From Candidatus Cloacimonadota bacterium (GTDB lineage: Bacteria > Cloacimonadota > Cloacimonadia > JGIOTU-2), in NCBI GenBank assembly GCA_049903315.1, contig JBNGBT010000006.1:32001-96000 (forward strand): a stretch of DNA of 64,000 nucleotides, written 5' to 3'. Below, piece by piece: positions 38,066 to 46,620 of this stretch (within the stretch, counting starts at the first letter, position 1; every line of letters begins with the position of its first letter). The notes under the pieces were generated by a model. That model made no database searches and had not been told where the DNA came from. It was given only the letters and a program-made list of their open reading frames with translations. Made by a program: the position numbers and the translations under genes.

Positions 38066-38479
38066 TTATCTGGTAGAAAGTGAAACGGTTTGTGCGCCGG
38101 CAGCGAGCAATCGATCAAGTGCGCGTACCATCATTTCATATTTTGCTCTTCTGTCAGCCTCAAGCACAAATACCATTTTAGGATTTTCTGTGATTTTCTC
38201 ATTTACGATACGTTCAAGTTCAACAGGAGTTACAATCTCATCATTCACAGCAATATCTCCTCTTCTGTTCACCTTGATCTTTGTCAGATTTTCCTGCTTG
38301 ATCTTTACCTTTTGACCGCCAGATTCGGTGTGCGGAGGAAGTACGAGACCAAGTCCTTCTTTCACATCAAATTTTGTGGTGACCAGGAAAAAGACAAGCA
38401 ATAGAAACGCCACATCAGCCATTGATGATGTCGGAATCTTAGGATTGAGACGTGGTTTTTTTGCTTTTATGATATTCAT
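38066..38479 (-). CDS. exbD: ExbD/TolR family protein (copy 1)
   Basis: SSMADVAFLLLVFFLVTT with conserved TM Asp; L.ADR.A.Y...V..LD.L..AG. Confidence 0.9.
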   Translation of the reverse strand: MNIIKAKKPRLNPKIPTSSMADVAFLLLVFFLVTTKFDVKEGLGLVLPPHTESGGQKVKIKQENLTKIKVNRRGDIAVNDEIVTPVELERIVNEKITENPKMVFVLEADRRAKYEMMVRALDRLLAAGAQTVSLSTR

Positions 38480-38501
38480 GCTAACTCAATTCTGTACATC
38501 G

Positions 38502-39302
38502 TTATTTAACTTCTGATAATGTTTCGGTCAGTTTTTCCGAACCGGTCTGCATATCTATGATCAGACCATCAATAATTGAAACGAAGAAGTTGTTGAATAA
38601 CTGAATCGGGATAGCAACAGCCAAACCTGAAGCAGTAGTAATCAAAGCAACTGAGATACCGCTCGCTACGATAGTAGGTTCAACCTCACCTGCGGCTGCG
38701 ATAGCTTCAAATGCCTGGATCATACCGACAACTGTACCCAAGAAACCAAGCATGGGTGCGAGGTTGATGGTTGTGGCAAGAGCGATAAGTCCTTTTTCAA
38801 GGAAAGACATTTCGAGGATTGCAGCATGTTCGACTGCTTTTTCCACTTCTTCGGAACCCTTATCTGCTTTGAGTAACCCAGCATGAAGAACGCTGGCTAC
38901 AGGACCGCGGGTTTTTGCGCAAAGTTCTATGGCTTCATCGAATTTCTTTTCTTTCACTAAGGGGAGAAGTTTCTCTAAGAAATCGTGAACAGAAATTTTT
39001 GCATAGCGAAGGGAAATGATCTTCCAAATTGAAGTGGCTAATGCCCAGATAACCAAAATGAGCATAGGGTACATGACCCATCCACCCTTAATAAAAAGGT
39101 CAACTAAGCCGCTTCCAACAATTTTTCGGGCAAAGGCTTCGATACCTCCGGCTTGTGCTGTTTCTTCAACCACAACTACTTCTTCAACGATAGCTGTTGT
39201 GTCTTCAGGGGTCACTGCTTCCTGTGCACAAAGATTGCCGACAAACATGCCAACTAACAATAATGCCAAGAATAGAATTCTGAGTTTCTTATTGGTATAC
39301 AC
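38502..39302 (-). CDS. exbB: ExbB/MotA/TolQ proton-channel protein
   Basis: GGWVMYP, APMLGFLGTVVGMIQAF, GISVALITTASGL.VAIP; GTG start after SD AAGGAGG; N-terminal signal-peptide-like extension. Confidence 0.92.
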   Translation of the reverse strand: MYTNKKLRILFLALLLVGMFVGNLCAQEAVTPEDTTAIVEEVVVVEETAQAGGIEAFARKIVGSGLVDLFIKGGWVMYPMLILVIWALATSIWKIISLRYAKISVHDFLEKLLPLVKEKKFDEAIELCAKTRGPVASVLHAGLLKADKGSEEVEKAVEHAAILEMSFLEKGLIALATTINLAPMLGFLGTVVGMIQAFEAIAAAGEVEPTIVASGISVALITTASGLAVAIPIQLFNNFFVSIIDGLIIDMQTGSEKLTETLSEVK

Positions 39303-39322
39303 TTGTATATCCTCCTTAAATT

Positions 39323-42300
39323 TTACCATTCAAATCTAACGCCTAAGGAAATTCTGCGCCCTATAGAATAAATGTTTGGATTAGATAAACCTGCAAGGTA
39401 TATTGCAGCACCGGTGACGTCTTCACCATCTTCTGCTTCAATTTTACCATCGTGATTCAAATCATAGGTATCCCAATAGGTGAGGGTTCCCTTATCCTGT
39501 GTTTCGCCAGTTTTTGCGTCTACATAATTGATATTTAAAGTATTAAATAAATTTGATATATTGACGAAGATACTGAATTGTGTATCTCCAAAGAGGTTGA
39601 AGGATTTACTGACTCTCAAATCTGCCGAATTTGTCCATGGCAGTCTGTCTGAATTTGTTTCAAGCTGAACGTTGCTGTCAGGATCAGGTGTCACTGGAGT
39701 ATATGGAGCGCCAGATTGGATTCTCCAAAGTAAACTTGCATAGAATTTATCAGGCATTTTTAAGCCGAGCAGATAAAATTCTTCATCTTCAGGAATTCTG
39801 AAATCAAGATTCACAGATGCATTATGACGAACGTCCCAGGTAAGTGGGAATTCCCGCAGATTGTCACGGGCTTCGTGAGCGCCGGAATTACGTCCGTTTG
39901 CCCATGAGTAAGTATAACCAACTGTGCCGCCCCAGAAATTGCTGAAGCGTTTTCGAAGAGTGAGTTCTACGCCACGTGCACTGCCATAGTCTTCGGAAAT
40001 ATAGAGCCAGTATTGTCGTCCTGCCTGAGCAATACTATCGGGTAAGAGCGAGTAGTCATTATCAAGAATACTCACAAGATTATAAATATTTTTATAGAAG
40101 AGAGTCACATCAAGGAGATAATCCTCACCCATTTGATGCTCGACACCAACCTCATACGTAATAGTTGTCTCGGGCTTCAAGTTTGGATTACCAACATTCG
40201 TGCCAACCTGACCTGCATCCGGAGTTGCACTCGTGAACACATACTGCATTGGAGGAAGCTGAGATTGGTAATTATAAGCAAAGTGCAGAACGTCCTTCTC
40301 TGTAATTGGATGAGACACACCCAAACGGGGGCTTACCATAATCTGGAATTTCTCAACATCTTCAGTTTTACTTATAAATCCACCGCTGCCATCATCGACG
40401 ATATAGGTTACTTCATCCCATGTAGCATCGACATATTCACCGGTCGTATCACTCTTCACCTGGTACTCATCCCCAAGATACCAGAAGTCAAAGCGCATAC
40501 CAGCATTTACGATCATGCCTTCCCACTCCATTTTATCCTGGAGATAATAAGCACCCTGCCATGGATATGCTTTATAACCGTCGATTTCGCCACCTGCAAA
40601 TTTAATGGCATCTGTAAAGTCGTCTTTCCAGTAAATATCAGCACCATAAGGAATCATGTTATCAGGTTGGAAAGGTGTGATGTTTGTATCTACCCTAGCA
40701 ACCTGAGATAGATAGTTTGGAAGACGTGTTACATCATCAATATTCCATGGGCTGGTTAAACGGTCTTTGTAAATTTGGTTATACATAATTTCGAGACCGG
40801 TTTTTGCTTGATGTATTTCATTGATTTGATACGTGAAATCAGTTCGCAGTGTATATGTAATGGTTTGATCCTTCCAGAAATTACCGGCATGAGTTCCAGG
40901 ATTGGAGAAGAACGGGATTGGCTTTTCATCATGAAGCTGGTCAAAATATTCGACGATTTGGTTTTCCTGCGCACCAGGAATATGTACACCAAAGTTATTA
41001 GAGAGAGGATCCTGGGTCCATGTAGGATTATTCCAATCAGTGTTCTGATTTTCGAAATACCAATTTCTGTCTACACCGGAGTTGAGATCGATGTTTGTCT
41101 CGAAGCGGCTTGCACGGATCGTGTAGAACATTCTGGGAGAAAGTGTATGATCCCATGTTAAGGCTACTTGGTTATGCTCTGTGTTCCAGTGGTTCATGTA
41201 GCGAAGAGAAAGTCTATTTAAGTAGTTAAAGGGAAGATTGGTTTCTCTATCACCACGAACTGCAGCAGTCAATTTAACAGTAGGGCTGACCTGGAATTTT
41301 GTTTTCAGGTTTGCCTGATAGTTGTTGACATATCTGTCTCCGACATCGAAAAGCCAAACTTTGTCTCTATTTTCTGTAAGAGAATTGATTTGGTCAGCAT
41401 AATATAATGAATCACCAAATCCAAAATAAGACAATTGACCCAATGGTTCGTATAATGGATTATCTTCCTCAAGGGCATAATAATCTTTATACCTTCCATC
41501 AGTCCATGCACCAGTCATATTGAGATAGAAAGTTAACTTATCTCTTTGATGCTGTGAACCGGCAGGAATAATTGGTCCGCCAAAAGCGAATTTGACTCCA
41601 TCTTCATTGCTTCCTTCATCAAAAATGTGGTCAGAGCTTAATTCAAATTTTCCTGAGTATTCCGGACCACCTGATTTGGTAACAAGGTTGATAATAGCTG
41701 ATTGTGCGTTGCCGAATTCTGCAGTAAAACCGCCTGTTTGAACAGACATGTCTCCTACAGCGTCCATATCGAGCTGCATTCCGAATCCATTATCAACAGG
41801 ATTTGAAACGGACATACCGTCAACAGTATACACCACTTCATTCGCGCGGCCACCTCTGATATGGAGGTTTTCTCCAGTTCCGACTGCACCGGCAGTAACA
41901 GCTACAATTTCCTGAATGGATTGTACGGGCATCTGTTTAATGTCTTCAGAAGTAATGATCTTTTCTGAACCGGTAACGTCCTTTTCGACAAGCTTCTGTT
42001 CAGCGCGCACGGTAATACCTTCGATCTGGGTATCAGTGCTTTTAAGTTCAAAGTTCAGAGTTGTGGTCAAATCAAGATTGATCTTGACGTCTGTGACAGT
42101 AACTGCCTGATATCCCATTCGGAAAGCTTTGACTTCGTAGGTGCCAGGAGGAATGTTAATAACCATGAAACGACCTTTGTCGTCCGTGGATGCACCCATC
42201 TGTTTTTCAATAATGATGACATTTGCACCAATAACGGGTTCTCCTGAATTAATATCAGTAACGCGGCCAGCAAGTTTACCAGTGGTACCTGCGTTGAGCA

Positions 42301-42355
42301 CGCCTACCAGGAGAAAAAGCACAACAAATATAAAAGCAAATACGTACCTTTTCAT
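39323..42355 (-). CDS. TonB-dependent receptor with N-terminal carboxypeptidase-like regulatory domain
   Basis: AGTTGKLAGRVTD...GANV, plug HIRGGR.NEV.Y.VDG, TGGF.AEFGNAQS..IN.VTKSG, Y.QDK.E, SPRLG.S, GNPNLKPE.T..YE.G, aromatic C-terminus (RFEW). Confidence 0.93.
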   Translation of the reverse strand: MKRYVFAFIFVVLFLLVGVLNAGTTGKLAGRVTDINSGEPVIGANVIIIEKQMGASTDDKGRFMVINIPPGTYEVKAFRMGYQAVTVTDVKINLDLTTTLNFELKSTDTQIEGITVRAEQKLVEKDVTGSEKIITSEDIKQMPVQSIQEIVAVTAGAVGTGENLHIRGGRANEVVYTVDGMSVSNPVDNGFGMQLDMDAVGDMSVQTGGFTAEFGNAQSAIINLVTKSGGPEYSGKFELSSDHIFDEGSNEDGVKFAFGGPIIPAGSQHQRDKLTFYLNMTGAWTDGRYKDYYALEEDNPLYEPLGQLSYFGFGDSLYYADQINSLTENRDKVWLFDVGDRYVNNYQANLKTKFQVSPTVKLTAAVRGDRETNLPFNYLNRLSLRYMNHWNTEHNQVALTWDHTLSPRMFYTIRASRFETNIDLNSGVDRNWYFENQNTDWNNPTWTQDPLSNNFGVHIPGAQENQIVEYFDQLHDEKPIPFFSNPGTHAGNFWKDQTITYTLRTDFTYQINEIHQAKTGLEIMYNQIYKDRLTSPWNIDDVTRLPNYLSQVARVDTNITPFQPDNMIPYGADIYWKDDFTDAIKFAGGEIDGYKAYPWQGAYYLQDKMEWEGMIVNAGMRFDFWYLGDEYQVKSDTTGEYVDATWDEVTYIVDDGSGGFISKTEDVEKFQIMVSPRLGVSHPITEKDVLHFAYNYQSQLPPMQYVFTSATPDAGQVGTNVGNPNLKPETTITYEVGVEHQMGEDYLLDVTLFYKNIYNLVSILDNDYSLLPDSIAQAGRQYWLYISEDYGSARGVELTLRKRFSNFWGGTVGYTYSWANGRNSGAHEARDNLREFPLTWDVRHNASVNLDFRIPEDEEFYLLGLKMPDKFYASLLWRIQSGAPYTPVTPDPDSNVQLETNSDRLPWTNSADLRVSKSFNLFGDTQFSIFVNISNLFNTLNINYVDAKTGETQDKGTLTYWDTYDLNHDGKIEAEDGEDVTGAAIYLAGLSNPNIYSIGRRISLGVRFEW

Positions 42356-42455
42356 AGCTTCTCCCTTCATAAAAAATTGGTCTTAGGTACTAAGACACGG
42401 AGCTAATTTCAAGTGTGTTGAAACATATGTCAACTTTTTTTGTATCAATAAAGCA

Positions 42456-43265
42456 TTATGTTTCATTGATGATATACTTATTTTTAAATCCTACGTACAA
42501 CTCTTTCTCGTATTCCGACAATTCCTGATTTTTAGAGAAAGATATTCCAAAATATTTTTTAAAATTATTCCTGAGAATATTTACAAAAGCATTGAACGAC
42601 AGAGCGTCTTTAATAATATCATTTACTGCAATAGTTTTTTTTGATAATAATTTTTTTATCGTTTCTTTTTCTTTATCAGTTTTAGTTGGTATGAGTTCTG
42701 CCATTAACTCCTGATTGTGATTAAGTAAGATCGAACCATGCTGAAGCAGGGCATTTCCTTTACGGATCTGCGCACTTCCGATTATTTTTTTACCTTTATA
42801 ATTTATTTCATATTTGGATGCGCTCGTAAAGCAGGGATTCACCCACGTTCTTTGCTCTTTTTCAGTTGGCATACTGTTCTGCATTGTTGCATCGATGCCG
42901 ATCTCATGAAGTGTGGCAAGTAGAACTTCTCCAATCTTTTGATACGATTCCAAAACAGAACCCGCAAGGATACCATCAGTTCTTGAAATAACTGCATAGG
43001 TAACTTCGTCATAATGAAGCACAGCTCTCCCACCTGTTGGCCTGCGCACTAGCCCAAAGCCAAACTCTTTCACTTTATCTGATAAAATATGCTCGTTTAT
43101 TTTTTGATGATATCCAAAAGAAACGGTTGGTGGATTCCAATCATACACACGAATTGCTGGTGGGGTATTTTGATTGATAATTCCGAATAAGATTGCTTCA
43201 TCCATTGCCATGTTTTCAAATGGCTTAAGTTTTCCGGAATTAATAAAACGCCAGGTTTCTTTCAC
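42456..43265 (-). CDS. Lipoate-protein ligase family (LipM-like octanoyltransferase)
   Basis: NMAMDEAI, R.Y.W.PP.VS.GY.Q, VRRPTGGRAVLH, CF...S.YEI...GKKIIGSAQ.R...LQHGSI. Confidence 0.88.
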   Translation of the reverse strand: MKETWRFINSGKLKPFENMAMDEAILFGIINQNTPPAIRVYDWNPPTVSFGYHQKINEHILSDKVKEFGFGLVRRPTGGRAVLHYDEVTYAVISRTDGILAGSVLESYQKIGEVLLATLHEIGIDATMQNSMPTEKEQRTWVNPCFTSASKYEINYKGKKIIGSAQIRKGNALLQHGSILLNHNQELMAELIPTKTDKEKETIKKLLSKKTIAVNDIIKDALSFNAFVNILRNNFKKYFGISFSKNQELSEYEKELYVGFKNKYIINET

Positions 43266-44284
43266 TATTTAAGAATTACTTTCTCTTTACCTTTAATAAT
43301 AGTACCGATCACCCGAGCACTAGTTTGTTCAAGAATTGAAATCACGTCTGATTCATTCACCACAGCGATCATGCCGATTCCCATATTGAAAGCACGATAC
43401 ATCTCGTCTTCATCAACATGACCTCCATGCTGAAGGAAATTAAAAAGAGGTGGAACTTCCCATGATTCTTTTGTAATAATTGCAGTCATACCTTCAGGAA
43501 TAATCCGTTTAAGATTTCCCGGAATACCTCCGCCCGTGATATGGGCAAGCCCTTTGATAAGATGCCGGTCAATAAAAGGTTTTAGGATAGGATAATACGA
43601 TTTATGCACTGCAAGAAGTTCTTCTGCAATAGTTTTACCCAATTCATTAATATAAGAATCCGTTTTGAGTTTGAGTATATCAAATACAATTTTTCGAGCT
43701 AACGTATATCCATTTGTATGAAGACCTGTCGAAGAAAAACCGAGAAGCACATCACCTTGAGTAATAGTTTTACCGGAGATCGTACATTCCTCATCAACAC
43801 AGCCGACAATGGTGCCGACAAGGTCAAAATCATCCGCATGATAAAGAGAAGGTATTTCTGCAAGTTCTCCGCCTATGAGTGCACAGTCATTTTGCCTGCA
43901 CGCAAGAGCAATCCCCTTTATAATTTCTTCTATATGCTGAGGTAGTACTTTACCTATTCCAATATAATCAAGAAAAAAAAGCGGATAAGCCCCCTGTGTG
44001 AGGATATCATTCACACAATGATTTACAATATCCTGCCCGACTGTATCCCATTTTTGTGCCAGATTTGCAACCTGCACTTTTGAGCCCACACTGTCCGTAC
44101 TTGATACCAGGATTGGCTGTTTCCATTTTGACAGATCGAGTTTGAAGAGCGCGCCAAAGGAACCGATGTCAGTGATAACATTTTTTGAGAAGGTACTTTT
44201 TGCAAGTGGTTTTATCAAACCAACAGCTTTTTCCCCCGCGTTGATGTCTACACCTGCCTTCTTATAATCCATTTTATCTTTCAT
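43265..44284 (-). CDS. purM: Phosphoribosylformylglycinamidine cyclo-ligase
   Basis: YKKAGVDI.AG, CVND, PLFFLDY, LIGGE.AE, GLHTNGY, AHITGGG, FNMGIGM. Confidence 0.96.
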   Translation of the reverse strand: MKDKMDYKKAGVDINAGEKAVGLIKPLAKSTFSKNVITDIGSFGALFKLDLSKWKQPILVSSTDSVGSKVQVANLAQKWDTVGQDIVNHCVNDILTQGAYPLFFLDYIGIGKVLPQHIEEIIKGIALACRQNDCALIGGELAEIPSLYHADDFDLVGTIVGCVDEECTISGKTITQGDVLLGFSSTGLHTNGYTLARKIVFDILKLKTDSYINELGKTIAEELLAVHKSYYPILKPFIDRHLIKGLAHITGGGIPGNLKRIIPEGMTAIITKESWEVPPLFNFLQHGGHVDEDEMYRAFNMGIGMIAVVNESDVISILEQTSARVIGTIIKGKEKVILK

Positions 44285-44286
44285 TA

Positions 44287-45186
44287 TTAAAACTGGGTGT
44301 ATTTTTTTAGTTTGTTAAAGCGTAATTCTATTTTTTCTTTTGAAAGCTTTGTAAGGGCATCTAGACTGAACCCTTCAACATTAAAAGCGGAGGTGATCGT
44401 TCCCATGATGGCTGCCTGTTTCAGAGTCTTATTATTGAGTGTTTTGCAAGATGCAACATAACCCATGAAACCACCAGAGAAGCAATCTCCTGCACCTGTC
44501 GTATCCAGCACCTTTTTCAGCGGATAGCCTGGAGCAAAGAAATAGAAATCCTTTTTTACGACCATCACACCATGCTCTCCCTTTTTGACGACGACGATCT
44601 TGGGTCCGTAAGTGAGTATTTTTTGTGAGGCATCGTACAAATAATGCTCCTGTGTGAGTAAACGAATTTCTTCATCATTAATAAAGAGAATATCAATATG
44701 CTTAAGCATTTCCATCAATGCATCAAGCTTTTTAATGATCCAATAGTTCATTGTATCAGCAGCAATGATTTTTGGCTTTCGCATCTGAGAAATAACATTG
44801 AATTGTATTTCAGGATCGATATTGCCAAGTAATACAAATGGAGAATCACGCAGTTCTTCGGGTATGGTTGGATTGAATTTCTCAAAGACATTTAAGTGGG
44901 TTTCCAGCGTAATTGCCTGATTGAGGTTTTTATACCGTCCTCTCCAACGAAACGTTTGCCCATCTGCAAAACGTAAAGCTGATGTATTCACTCCGTGTTT
45001 TTCCAGGAGTTCTACATGTTGTTTGGGGAAATCCTCTCCCACTACACCGACAATGGAAACATTATCATACAGAAAGCTTGCAGAAACCGATGCATATATT
45101 GCAGAACCACCCAGCACATCATGAACCTTTCCATGATGATTTTCAATGCTGTCAAGAGCTATAGAACCAACGACAAGCAAACTCAT
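44287..45186 (-). CDS. PfkB-family carbohydrate/nucleoside kinase
   Basis: VVGSIALD, GGSA.Y, VKKGEHG, DTTGAGD.F.GG. Confidence 0.9.
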   Translation of the reverse strand: MSLLVVGSIALDSIENHHGKVHDVLGGSAIYASVSASFLYDNVSIVGVVGEDFPKQHVELLEKHGVNTSALRFADGQTFRWRGRYKNLNQAITLETHLNVFEKFNPTIPEELRDSPFVLLGNIDPEIQFNVISQMRKPKIIAADTMNYWIIKKLDALMEMLKHIDILFINDEEIRLLTQEHYLYDASQKILTYGPKIVVVKKGEHGVMVVKKDFYFFAPGYPLKKVLDTTGAGDCFSGGFMGYVASCKTLNNKTLKQAAIMGTITSAFNVEGFSLDALTKLSKEKIELRFNKLKKYTQF

Positions 45187-45404
45187 TATTCTGTATCACT
45201 TTCTTCAATTATCACAGTGGCAGGTTTGTTTCTATCATGAAGAATGTAATCCCAGAACTTCGAAACGCCGCCAGTAGAAAAAAAACGAACAAGCAGGACA
45301 AGCAAAATTAACAATATGATTCTAATAATGAGTTTCCATATCGAGGTGATGTCCTTATTTCGGTAATATCTCCGTTTTTTCCATTCGTCAGTGAAAAAAG
45401 ACAT
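45186..45404 (-). CDS. Small membrane protein
   Basis: 72 aa with one TM helix; fills the gap with a 1-nt overlap on one side and a 1-nt spacer on the other. Confidence 0.65.
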   Translation of the reverse strand: MSFFTDEWKKRRYYRNKDITSIWKLIIRIILLILLVLLVRFFSTGGVSKFWDYILHDRNKPATVIIEESDTE

Positions 45405-45405
45405 G

Positions 45406-46605
45406 TTATATAATATTTTTCAATCCCTTGGCAAAGCGCTGCAATCCAACTTCAATATTCTCCATAGAATTTGCATATGAGAAACGGACATAATTATTTG
45501 CCCCAAAAGCAAGCCCGGGAACAATTGCCACGTAATATTTTTTCAGTATATAGGTACAGAGATCTGCTGAGGATGTAATGTTGATTTTATTATTTTGTAA
45601 ATAGAAGGAAATGTCCGGCATTGCATAAAAGGCACCTTTTGGAAGCATACATTTCACATTTGGGATATTATTGAGTTCTTTAACAAGGAAGTTTCTGCGT
45701 TTCTCAAACTGCTGTCGCATTTTTTCAATGCTTCCGTCATTCTCAGTTAATGCTATGACTGTTGCTTTCTGCGTCATAGAATTTACATTTGAAGTGGTAT
45801 GACTCTGAATGCGGCTTGCATATTTAATTACTTCTATAGGTCCCGCAGCATATCCAAGACGCCAACCTGTCATAGCATATGCCTTGGAAACGCCATTTAT
45901 CACAATAGTGAGTTCCTTAACTTCAGGGGAAAGCGATGCAATAGACACATGCTCTTCATCATCATAAATGAGCTTTTCATAAATTTCATCGGAAATAATA
46001 AGAATGTCATTTTTCACACAGACTTCTGCAATACCAAGCAGCTCATCTTTGGTATAGACACTTCCTGTAGGATTATTCGGCGAGTTCAGTATGAGTGCTT
46101 TCGGATTGCTGAGCGAAGAAATCGCCTCATTGAGCTGCCGGGCAGTTATCTTGAAGTTTGTGCTCATATCTGTGGGAAGCAGGATGGGATGACCGTCCAC
46201 CATTTCCACTTGTGATGTATAACTCACCCAGTAAGGAGATGGGATAAGTATTTCGTCTCGGGGATCACAGATTGCAAGGAGAATGTGTATTATCGAAGCT
46301 TTTGCGCCTGGAGAAACAAGTATCTGATCTGGTGTATACTCAAGCCCATTGTCCTTTTTGAACTTCTCTACAATAGCTTCCCGTAATTCAAGAATTCCTG
46401 CAGACGCGGTATATCGTGTGAAATTATCGTCCAGAGCTTTTTTCGCGGCGTTTTTAATATACTCTGGTGTATTGAAATCCGGTTCGCCTACCCCGAAATT
46501 TATCACATCATGACCTTCTGCCTTCATCTGTTTTGCAAGAGCAGAAACAGTCAATGTGGGGGATGGCTTGATTGCACGTGCGCGATGTGAAAGTAATGTG
46601 TTCAT
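45406..46605 (-). CDS. Class I/II PLP aminotransferase (aspartate aminotransferase-like)
   Basis: GEPDF.TP, NSPNNPTG, SDEIYE, SKAYAMTGWRLGY, G.FY, RFSYA. Confidence 0.93.
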   Translation of the reverse strand: MNTLLSHRARAIKPSPTLTVSALAKQMKAEGHDVINFGVGEPDFNTPEYIKNAAKKALDDNFTRYTASAGILELREAIVEKFKKDNGLEYTPDQILVSPGAKASIIHILLAICDPRDEILIPSPYWVSYTSQVEMVDGHPILLPTDMSTNFKITARQLNEAISSLSNPKALILNSPNNPTGSVYTKDELLGIAEVCVKNDILIISDEIYEKLIYDDEEHVSIASLSPEVKELTIVINGVSKAYAMTGWRLGYAAGPIEVIKYASRIQSHTTSNVNSMTQKATVIALTENDGSIEKMRQQFEKRRNFLVKELNNIPNVKCMLPKGAFYAMPDISFYLQNNKINITSSADLCTYILKKYYVAIVPGLAFGANNYVRFSYANSMENIEVGLQRFAKGLKNII

Positions 46606-46620
46606 TACATCTCCAGATAA

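Noticed and set aside
42456..43265. Lipoate ligase as part of the TBDR system
   Set aside because: It is coupled to purM upstream, and a separate promoter-like region lies between it and the TBDR; no evidence of a functional link.
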